From a bacterium (GTDB lineage: Bacteria; Sysuimicrobiota; Sysuimicrobiia; Sysuimicrobiales; Humicultoraceae), in NCBI GenBank assembly GCA_041497675.1, contig JBGQGY010000023.1:1-36444 (forward strand): a DNA stretch of 36,444 nucleotides, in the 5' to 3' direction. Within the stretch, counting starts at the first letter, position 1; each line of letters begins with the position of its first letter. Shown one piece after another: positions 20,236 to 27,278 of the stretch. The notes under the pieces are model-generated. The model worked only from the letters and a program-made list of their open reading frames with translations, did not search any database and was not told the origin of the DNA. A program made the position numbers and the translations under genes.

Positions 20236-20462
20236 GAGTCCGCATCCTCCGCGTCGATCTCGTGCCAAACCTCGAGGATCTCAGCGGCCTCGTCTGCGGT
20301 GACAACATTAGTGGCCGACCCGTAGGTGACGAGCACGTAGGTTCCCGGTACGACCGGGCCGATCAGGGATATGTCAATCTGACGCGAGCCGCCCGGCCCC
20401 TCGCCGACGGCGCGGGCGGTATCGAGTAGCGTGACGATGCGATACGGCAGCGCAAGGCACAT
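20232..20462 (-). CDS. hypC: HypC/HybG/HupF-family chaperone (His-less variant)
   Basis: MCLALP N-terminus, PG-x-YVLV-x-x-G-x-A, EA-x-E-x-L helix. The canonical VLVH is replaced by VLVT. Confidence 0.85.
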   Translation of the reverse strand: MCLALPYRIVTLLDTARAVGEGPGGSRQIDISLIGPVVPGTYVLVTYGSATNVVTADEAAEILEVWHEIDAEDADS

Positions 20463-20482
20463 TCCACGCTCAAAATACCACA

Positions 20483-20558
20483 CTGCCCGAACCGTGCACA
20501 TTCGGCTCCGAGCCGGATTCAGCCTCGGGCGGACGCCCGATCGAGGCTCGGCCGGCAG
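20483..20558. other. GC-rich multi-stem inverted-repeat element in the intergenic region upstream of hypC
   Basis: CTGCC(20483)/GGCAG(20554), CCGAGCC(20508)/GGCTCGG(20545), AGCCTCG(20521)/CGAGGCT(20542), TCGGGC(20525)/GCCCGA(20535). Confidence 0.45.
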
Positions 20559-20596
20559 CCAGAAATCAACTCATCGCTCGATGGATACTACGACTG

Positions 20597-21316
20597 CTAC
20601 TGGGGTCGAGAATCTACGCCGAACACGGACCGCGCATCCGCCTGACGATTGGGTATTGCACTGTCTGGCCGTACTTGCGCGGGCAAGGCGGCCAGATGCA
20701 CTACCCGGAGGCCCCTTTTACCCAGCGCCTGAACCAACGGGACGGGATTGTCGGTGTCCACGCGGACGATGGCCAGCCGCTCGTGCTCCTGCGAGTAGGT
20801 GGCTATCGAGGCCAGCTGCAATCCTGTCTCGTCAGCCACGGCCGCGATCTCCGCGACGGCCTTGGGATGGCCGGTGAGATCGACGACGAGACGGGTACCC
20901 GGCCCACGGACGCCGGTCAGGTCCACGAATGCCTGGAAGATGTCGCTTTCGGTGATCACGCCAATCAAGATGCCGTCTTCTACCACCGGAAGCCCGCCGA
21001 TCTTTTCCTGGCGCATGACCAGCGCCGCCTGCTCGATAGGCTGGTTGGGCAAGACGGTAATCGGATTGGGCGTCATGATTTCCTTGACGCTGGCGCGCAG
21101 CAGCAGCCCCGGCGTTTCCCAGGCTCCGAGCGGCGTGGCGCGAGAGGGCAGCGCCCGCATCAGATCAGTCCAGCTGACGATGCCAACCAGGCCTCCCTTC
21201 TGGAGAATGGGGACGCGGCGGATATCGTAGTGGCGCATGAGCCCGTGGGCCTCGGCGATCGAGCCCCGAACATCCATCGTGATCGGCGGGGTCGTCATCC
21301 GGTCGCGTACGAGCAT
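20597..21316 (-). CDS. CBS-pair + ACT domain protein (AcuB-like)
   Basis: MLVRDRMT, IRRVPIL, GIVSWTDL, IGGLPVV, GVITESDIF, ACT-like C-terminus. Confidence 0.88.
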   Translation of the reverse strand: MLVRDRMTTPPITMDVRGSIAEAHGLMRHYDIRRVPILQKGGLVGIVSWTDLMRALPSRATPLGAWETPGLLLRASVKEIMTPNPITVLPNQPIEQAALVMRQEKIGGLPVVEDGILIGVITESDIFQAFVDLTGVRGPGTRLVVDLTGHPKAVAEIAAVADETGLQLASIATYSQEHERLAIVRVDTDNPVPLVQALGKRGLRVVHLAALPAQVRPDSAIPNRQADARSVFGVDSRPQ

Positions 21317-21328
21317 CGCGCTCCCCCC

Positions 21329-21832
21329 TCAGTCGTGCCCCATCTGGTCGCCGACCGCGAGGGCGTGTACGACTTCAGCCTCGGACAGGTGACGGCGAAG
21401 CAGAGACACGTAGACTTCTTCTTCCTTCAGACAGTGGACTTCAACCAGCGCACGGATCTGATAGGCGAGGATCCGAGCGCGATCGATCAACGATGGATCG
21501 GCGGCGCCCGCCTCAATCTGGCCCGCCAGCCGGATGAACTCCGAGATGCGGGCGAGAATCTCGCGGTGGTCGATCAGCATCGTGGCGTTGACGTCGCCGT
21601 GGCGCCGGACCAGGTCACCAACACCCGGGTAGAAGGTGATCTCTTCCCATTCCGCATGGGGGACCAGCACCTGACGGAAGAACTGTTCGGTCTCGCGTAG
21701 CATCTCCGCGGCGGCGGGGCCGGCGCCCTGTTGCAGACGGTCCATCGTGCCGGTGAGCACCGCGAGTCCTGCGCCGAGCTGCGCGTGTTCGGCTTTGAAC
21801 CCCTCAATCAGCGACGTCTTGGCCTCGCTCAT
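21329..21832 (-). CDS. Hemerythrin-like (HHE) di-iron domain protein
   Basis: EH...HAEWEE-x-x-FYP...DH...HCLKEEEVY His/Glu pattern. SD GGAGGTG upstream. Confidence 0.85.
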   Translation of the reverse strand: MSEAKTSLIEGFKAEHAQLGAGLAVLTGTMDRLQQGAGPAAAEMLRETEQFFRQVLVPHAEWEEITFYPGVGDLVRRHGDVNATMLIDHREILARISEFIRLAGQIEAGAADPSLIDRARILAYQIRALVEVHCLKEEEVYVSLLRRHLSEAEVVHALAVGDQMGHD

Positions 21833-21922
21833 GGCCCCTCACCTCCCAAGTGCTTATCTGCATCCTAGGAGACGGCAGGGGGACCGGCCATCGGGTTTTG
21901 GACCGATTTTGGCAGGATGGCG

Positions 21923-22378
21923 TCAGTTCGCGCCGCGCAGCAGCATCACGGCGGTCACCACCAAGGCCACCCACAGGGCGGCACTGGTGGCGCACCAGGC
22001 GCACACCGCGTGGAGCACGCCCACCTGGAGCCACACCAGGTAGGCGGAGAAGGCGGCGCCGAAGACGACCAGGCCAAAGAGGGCTGGCGACAGCGTCGCG
22101 CGGTGCCTTGGCCTGAGGGCGCCCGTCAGTGCCACCGCCCAAACGGCCAAGTAGAGCAGCAGGCCCCACCCGGCGACCGGGAGACCCAGCATCCGGGCGT
22201 ACGGGCTCGTCGCGACCCGTTCGCAGGCGCCTGTCAGGCAGATCGGCGCGTAGCCTCGGAGCGCGGCCAGCAGTAGATAGCCAGACACAGCCAGACCGGC
22301 TGTCGCGAGCCCCGACGCCGCCCACCAGATGCGGGCGCCTGTCTCGCTAGCGCTTGAGCGCGGTTTCGATGGCCCCAC
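21923..22378 (-). CDS. Vitamin K epoxide reductase (VKOR) family, DsbB-like partner
   Basis: C-x4-C loop (CLTGAC), V-x-x-SPYA-x-x-LGLPV, TM helices, active-site CAWC. Start is uncertain (GTG 22378 with GAGGTG upstream). Confidence 0.88.
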   Translation of the reverse strand: MGPSKPRSSASETGARIWWAASGLATAGLAVSGYLLLAALRGYAPICLTGACERVATSPYARMLGLPVAGWGLLLYLAVWAVALTGALRPRHRATLSPALFGLVVFGAAFSAYLVWLQVGVLHAVCAWCATSAALWVALVVTAVMLLRGAN

Positions 22379-23030
22379 GAAACACCTCGATCGGCTGGGC
22401 GCCGGCGACCGGCTCGCCATTGATGAAACTTGTGGGGGTGCCGCTCACGCCGCGGCGCTTCCCTTCTGCGAAATCGGTGTCGACGCGGCCTCGGGTCGCC
22501 CCGCGGCGCACGCACTGTGCAAAGGCTGCCTGATCGAGACCGATCTTGGCAGCGGCCCCCTCGAGGTCACCCCTGGTGCGCAGCGCGCTCCGGGAGGCCA
22601 GCGCGAACAACTCGTCGTGATAGGCCCAGAACTGCTGCTGGTCCGCGGCGCACTCGCTGGCCGCCGCCGCGGTGACGGAGAACCTCTCGTCGACGATCGG
22701 GAAGTGGCGATAGACCAACCTGACGGTCCCGGGTTTGACGTAGTCGGCGATGATCGCAGGTTCGACCTGCGCGGCAAAGTCGGCGCAGTGGCTGCAGAGA
22801 AAGTCTGAGAAGACCTCGATCGTCACCCGCGCGGCGGCGTTGCCCATCGTCGTGCCGCCGGTCGTTGCCGCTGGCTGGCGGCCGGGGGGTGGTGCGGGCG
22901 GCGTCGCTGTGGACCAGTGGATCACGGCCACCGCAAGCGCCGCCGCCGCGGCCGCGACACCCACGATGAACACCGCCCGATTCGTCCGGCGGCGCGCGGC
23001 GATTTCTCGTTGACGCTGGCGTGCAGACAT
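22347..23030 (-). CDS. Membrane-anchored DsbA-family thiol-disulfide oxidoreductase
   Basis: N-terminal TM, G-x-x-x-A-x-VTI-x-x-FSDFLCSHC, YRHFP, GVSGTPTSFING cis-Pro loop. SD AGGAGG upstream. Confidence 0.9.
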   Translation of the reverse strand: MSARQRQREIAARRRTNRAVFIVGVAAAAAALAVAVIHWSTATPPAPPPGRQPAATTGGTTMGNAAARVTIEVFSDFLCSHCADFAAQVEPAIIADYVKPGTVRLVYRHFPIVDERFSVTAAAASECAADQQQFWAYHDELFALASRSALRTRGDLEGAAAKIGLDQAAFAQCVRRGATRGRVDTDFAEGKRRGVSGTPTSFINGEPVAGAQPIEVFRGAIETALKR

Positions 23031-23041
23031 CAGGCTACCTC

Positions 23042-23869
23042 CTAGATCTGGTCGCGCCCGTCGAAGAGCGCCACGGCGATCAGCACCGGCGCGACGGTCC
23101 ACAGGGCCAGCGCGCCGGCCAGCAACGCGGTCGCGCCACCCGATCCAAATCGCGCGATCAGGAAGCCGCCGACCGGTCCCAGCATCTCCAGGGACGAATC
23201 GAGCAGCAGCAGCGCGAGCAGGCGCGCGATGTCAACCGGATTGAGCAGCAAGAGCGCCGCGAGCAGCCGTGTCCCCGCGCCGGCCACCGCGCCGGCGCCG
23301 ATCAGCATCAGGTCGAAGAAGACCACACTGGCGAACCAGACCACGAGGGCCATGGCCGTCGCCCGGGTCCTGCTGCGCGCGGCAACAGCGATGACGATGC
23401 CGATGGCCAGGTAGACGGCGGCCAGGGCCAAGGAGATGCCCAGGAAGGCCAGGTATTGCAGCCCGCCGGTCGCGCCGGTCGCCAACCCGACCAACACACC
23501 GGCCAACCCGAAGCCGGTCAGGGTTGCCAGCCCGATCGCCGCGAGCGAGCCCACGAATCGACCGATGAGCAGTTCGCTGCGTTCGACCGGCTGCGCCAGG
23601 AACAGTTCCAATGCGCCGGATTCGCGGTCGCCGCTGATGCCCGCGCTGCCCAGTAGCAGGGCGACCAACGGCACCAACAGCAAGCACAGGTTGATGAGGC
23701 TGGCGGTGGTGCGGCCGTAGCCTTCGAGGCCGACAGCGCCGATCGTAGACAGCCCGATCAGCGACAGCCCGAGCGCCAGCACGGCGAACAGGGCTCCGTA
23801 CGCGAGGAGCCACCGGTTGCGTATGGCTTCGCTCAGCTCATACCGAGTCATCACGAGAATGGCGTTCAT
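23042..23869 (-). CDS. nosY: ABC permease NosY
   Basis: E-x-x-EAIRNRW, LVPLVALLLG...DRESGALELFLAQPV-x-R, LLLNPVD-x-x-R. Downstream of nosF. Confidence 0.9.
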   Translation of the reverse strand: MNAILVMTRYELSEAIRNRWLLAYGALFAVLALGLSLIGLSTIGAVGLEGYGRTTASLINLCLLLVPLVALLLGSAGISGDRESGALELFLAQPVERSELLIGRFVGSLAAIGLATLTGFGLAGVLVGLATGATGGLQYLAFLGISLALAAVYLAIGIVIAVAARSRTRATAMALVVWFASVVFFDLMLIGAGAVAGAGTRLLAALLLLNPVDIARLLALLLLDSSLEMLGPVGGFLIARFGSGGATALLAGALALWTVAPVLIAVALFDGRDQI

Positions 23870-24756
23870 CGATTGGTGGCCTCGCCGAGACGGCGGGCGT
23901 CGATCGACGGCTCTTCGAGATGCACACCGAGCGGATGCAACCCGGCGGCAGCCACGGCGGCGAGGAGATCGAACGCCGTGCCGACCGGTGTCGTAGCCAC
24001 GACGGTGCTTTGCGTCTGCGTGAACTGCACTCCCGGCCGCGCTTCCAGCAGATCGGCCAGTTCCTTGTGCCCGGTGCCGTTGAGCGTGAAGATGACCCGC
24101 TGCTGGACGGCCATGCCCATGCCGTCTGGCCGGCCGCTGTAGACGAGCCGGCCGCGGTCGAGCACCATCGCGCGTGAGGCCACGGCCAGCGGGTCGGCGA
24201 CCAGGTGCGTGGCCAGGACGATCGTTCGACCGGCTTTCGCCAGCGCCTCCAGGTCGCGATGCAAGGCGCGCCGCGCCTGCGGATCCAGATGCGCCGCCGG
24301 TTCGTCGAACAGGATGACCGCAGGATCTGCCTGGAGCGCCGTCGCGAGCGCCAACCGCTGCCGCATGCCGCCCGACAGCGTCCGCACCGCGGCGTCGGTC
24401 TGGGCCTCGAGCCCGACGCGCGTGAGCCACTCGGCGTCGCCGCGGCGCAGACCGCGCAGGCGCGCGAAGAGATCCAGCACTTCCAGGCAGGTCAGGTCGG
24501 GTGGGAAGGAAGGACGCTGGGGCACATAGCCGATCAACCGGCGCGCCGCCTTCCCGTCGTTCAGCACATCGTGGCCACCGACGGTCGCCGCGCCTTCAAA
24601 CGCCAGCAGCCCGGCCAAGCACCGCAACAGGGTCGTCTTCCCGGCGCCGTTCGATCCGAGCAACACCGCGAACGCGCCCGGCTCGATCGTCGCCGTGACG
24701 CGGTCGAGCGCGGTCGTGGCGCCGAAGCGTTTGGTCAGGTCGCGAATCGCGATCAC
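23866..24756 (-). CDS. nosF: ABC ATPase NosF
   Basis: Walker A GSNGAGKT, LSGGMRQR, FDEP, H-loop ATH. GTGA-coupled to nosD. Confidence 0.92.
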   Translation of the reverse strand: MIAIRDLTKRFGATTALDRVTATIEPGAFAVLLGSNGAGKTTLLRCLAGLLAFEGAATVGGHDVLNDGKAARRLIGYVPQRPSFPPDLTCLEVLDLFARLRGLRRGDAEWLTRVGLEAQTDAAVRTLSGGMRQRLALATALQADPAVILFDEPAAHLDPQARRALHRDLEALAKAGRTIVLATHLVADPLAVASRAMVLDRGRLVYSGRPDGMGMAVQQRVIFTLNGTGHKELADLLEARPGVQFTQTQSTVVATTPVGTAFDLLAAVAAAGLHPLGVHLEEPSIDARRLGEATNR

Positions 24757-26753
24757 CGCGATCGCCGTCCCGGTCTGAGCGCGGCGAGGCTCAGGGCCGC
24801 CGGAACGAGCAGGAGTGCGCCGATCCAGAACACGCCGGCGTGTGGGGCGGTCTCCGAACCCGTCGAAGGGACCGGCGGCACTCCGCTGGCGGGTGGCTTC
24901 ATCAGTGGGGCGCGGTCCTCCACCACGGGCGCGGCACCGAGCAACGGGAGCATCCGTGCGGCCGTGTCGATGGCATGGTGGGCCGGGGTGAAGAGAAACG
25001 CCTGCAGCGCCGGAACGCGATCCGCCAGGTCTTCCAGCAGGTCGGTTCGGCGGTAGGGGACGTCACCAACGCCGTCACCGGCAACGTCAAAACCGGTGTA
25101 GTCGCCCCAGTAGTTGCCGCGACCGTCCACCCACCAGTGGTTGGCATCGGCCCGTACGGCGCCCCGCGATTGGACCTGCCGCAGGTTCTCGACGATGGTG
25201 TTCTCAGTAACGGTGATCGCCGCGGTGCTCATCAGCGAGAAACCGGTCTCGTTGAAGGCGATCAGGTTCCGCTCGACCTTGACCCAGCCGTCGGGCGTCG
25301 ACGGCGCGTTGTCGAACTCCAGCGCGATTCGGTTGCGGACCACGCGGTTCTCGCGGATCAGGACGCGGTCGACATCTTTGAAGATCAGGCCGACGCCGAT
25401 CTCGGCCGACCGGCTGCCCTCGAACGTGTTGCCCGCCAGCGTGACGTCGGCCGAGTTCATGACGGCTCCGCCCACCGCGTTGTCCTTGAACACGTTGGCG
25501 CGAAACGCGTTGTTGTTCGAGTACATGTAGTGGATTCCATAACGGCATCCCGAGACGGTGTTGTGTTCGACGGTTATCAGGTCCGAGAACGAGATGTAGA
25601 ACCCGTCCTTCCCCCGCGTGATGCGGTTGTGACGCACTTGCACGCTCCGCGCTTTCCACAGATAGACCGCATGCCCGCGCCGCTCCACCGGCAGGTCGGC
25701 GGTGGCGATCGTATTGTCCTCGACGATCGTCCCCGTCGTCCCGGCCAGGTACACGCCAAACAGCACGTCGGTCACCTGGTTGTTTCTAATCACCGCTCGA
25801 TCGCCTCGAACGACAATCCCAGCAGCCTCGCTACTGTATGCCAGCGCGCTGCCTCGAATCACGAACCCCTCCAGCCGCACATCCGGTCCGGTGATGACCA
25901 CAACGTCGCCTCGCCGTTCGCCGTCGATCACCGGATAACCCTCGCCGCGGAGCGTGATCGGTCGTGAGAGGACCAGCGGGCCGCGATACCATCCCGCCGG
26001 CACGGTGATGACCGCACCGGGAGGCGCCGCCGCGACGGCCGCCGCCAGGTCGAACGCGCTGGGCGGCGCGGCATGGGCAGCGAGCGGGAGGGCCGTGAGC
26101 GCCATGATGAACGCCAGTCCGGTGACGGCCGCGGCCGTCATGACCTGCCGCCGCGCGCGACCGCCGGCGGGCAGCCGCGGCCCCAGGGTCAGCAGCAGCG
26201 CGCTCAGCGCGAAGAGGAGCAGCCCCGGCCCGGGCCAGGCCGTGACGTTGAAGTTCATCACCACCGTTGGGCCGATCACCTTGGGGGTAAACGCGGGCAT
26301 CCGGAACGCCGCGTTCGGGTTCAGCGTGTGGCCGAACACGTAGAGTCTATACTGCAGATCCACGAGAAATCCAAACGGCAGCGCCCAGGCTCCCAAGACG
26401 ACCAATAGGCGGAATGCCCTCCACGCTACGAAGGGGAGGGCCAGGATCGCCAGCGCGAGCATCGCGACACCCGGGGTGAAGAGCCGCAGTTCCGGGAACA
26501 CTTCCTCCAACCCTTCGCTTCGCTCGCGATCCTCACCGGGCTCGGCCCCGGGTATGGGCCGCATCCCGATATAGTGATTGAGGGTGTTTAACTCGTCGAC
26601 ATCGCCGCGGGTGCCGCGTCCATCGATGAGGAGTCGTACCCCCTGAGGATACTGCGGCGCGTGCAGCGTCATCGTCCACAGCGGCAGCGCCGCGCCGGCG
26701 AGCAGCATCGCGAGCGCTCCGCCCGTCACCGCGATCCGTTGAAGGCGATTCAT
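24753..26753 (-). CDS. nosD: Fusion of a NosB-like membrane domain (N-terminal) and NosD copper-maturation beta-helix (C-terminal)
   Basis: N-terminal PLW-x-x-x-L-x-APQYP-x-G, LNTLNHYIGM, FGH-x-L-x-P-x-A. C-terminal RYGIHYMYS, GNYWGDY-x-GFD-x-x-GDGVGDVPY, D-x-x-PLM. One uninterrupted 666-aa frame. Confidence 0.88.
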   Translation of the reverse strand: MNRLQRIAVTGGALAMLLAGAALPLWTMTLHAPQYPQGVRLLIDGRGTRGDVDELNTLNHYIGMRPIPGAEPGEDRERSEGLEEVFPELRLFTPGVAMLALAILALPFVAWRAFRLLVVLGAWALPFGFLVDLQYRLYVFGHTLNPNAAFRMPAFTPKVIGPTVVMNFNVTAWPGPGLLLFALSALLLTLGPRLPAGGRARRQVMTAAAVTGLAFIMALTALPLAAHAAPPSAFDLAAAVAAAPPGAVITVPAGWYRGPLVLSRPITLRGEGYPVIDGERRGDVVVITGPDVRLEGFVIRGSALAYSSEAAGIVVRGDRAVIRNNQVTDVLFGVYLAGTTGTIVEDNTIATADLPVERRGHAVYLWKARSVQVRHNRITRGKDGFYISFSDLITVEHNTVSGCRYGIHYMYSNNNAFRANVFKDNAVGGAVMNSADVTLAGNTFEGSRSAEIGVGLIFKDVDRVLIRENRVVRNRIALEFDNAPSTPDGWVKVERNLIAFNETGFSLMSTAAITVTENTIVENLRQVQSRGAVRADANHWWVDGRGNYWGDYTGFDVAGDGVGDVPYRRTDLLEDLADRVPALQAFLFTPAHHAIDTAARMLPLLGAAPVVEDRAPLMKPPASGVPPVPSTGSETAPHAGVFWIGALLLVPAALSLAALRPGRRSR

Positions 26754-27223
26754 GACTGCTCCTTCGCCATCGCCGCGAGCAGGTCGTCCAAGGTCATCAC
26801 CGGCGCCTTCGGGTAGGCTCGATGCGCTTCGGCGTTGTCCGCGTATGCGGCGATGTTGTAATTCATCGGAGTCCGGATGACGGGAGATCGCACGTACCAG
26901 GCGTGGGGCGCGTCGATCCAGGCCTCTGTGCCCGCGTCGTGGACGAACCCCTTCGCGTGACCCGATGCGGCCGCATCAGCGCTATGGCGGATCAGGCACC
27001 CGATGTCGTCGAAACGATGGACGGTCGATCCCCCGCGCGTGGCGGCCGCGAACCGCCGGTCGCCGATGATCATGCCGCACTGCTCACAGCGATCGCGTCC
27101 ATAGGCGATCGCCGGGGCGCCGCTCTCGTCGCCCTGACGGGTCGCCAGTGCCCACAGTGCGGGGGCCGCCGCCGCGGCCGCGGCCCCACCGATCGCCACC
27201 CTGAGGAATCGTCGTCGTGTCAT
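26750..27223 (-). CDS. nosL: NosL-family copper chaperone with a twin-arginine leader
   Basis: MTRRRFL leader, CEQCGMII, FDDIGCL, WI-x-A-x-x-A-x-YV, RTPM. Confidence 0.88.
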   Translation of the reverse strand: MTRRRFLRVAIGGAAAAAAAPALWALATRQGDESGAPAIAYGRDRCEQCGMIIGDRRFAAATRGGSTVHRFDDIGCLIRHSADAAASGHAKGFVHDAGTEAWIDAPHAWYVRSPVIRTPMNYNIAAYADNAEAHRAYPKAPVMTLDDLLAAMAKEQS

Positions 27224-27239
27224 CCCATCGTCTCCGCGC

Positions 27240-27264
27240 CGGGGGAGGGCGACGCCCTCCCCCG
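27240..27264 (-). terminator. Perfect 11-bp GC hairpin between nosZ and nosL (transcript stabiliser or partial terminator)
   Basis: CGGGGGAGGGC-GAC-GCCCTCCCCCG, with no U-tract on either strand. Confidence 0.6.
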
Positions 27265-27278
27265 CAGGACTCGCGTGC

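Noticed and set aside
20483..20558. Calling the structured element a NiCo riboswitch
   Set aside because: The conserved NiCo junction sequences are not evident, so it is kept only as an unassigned structure.
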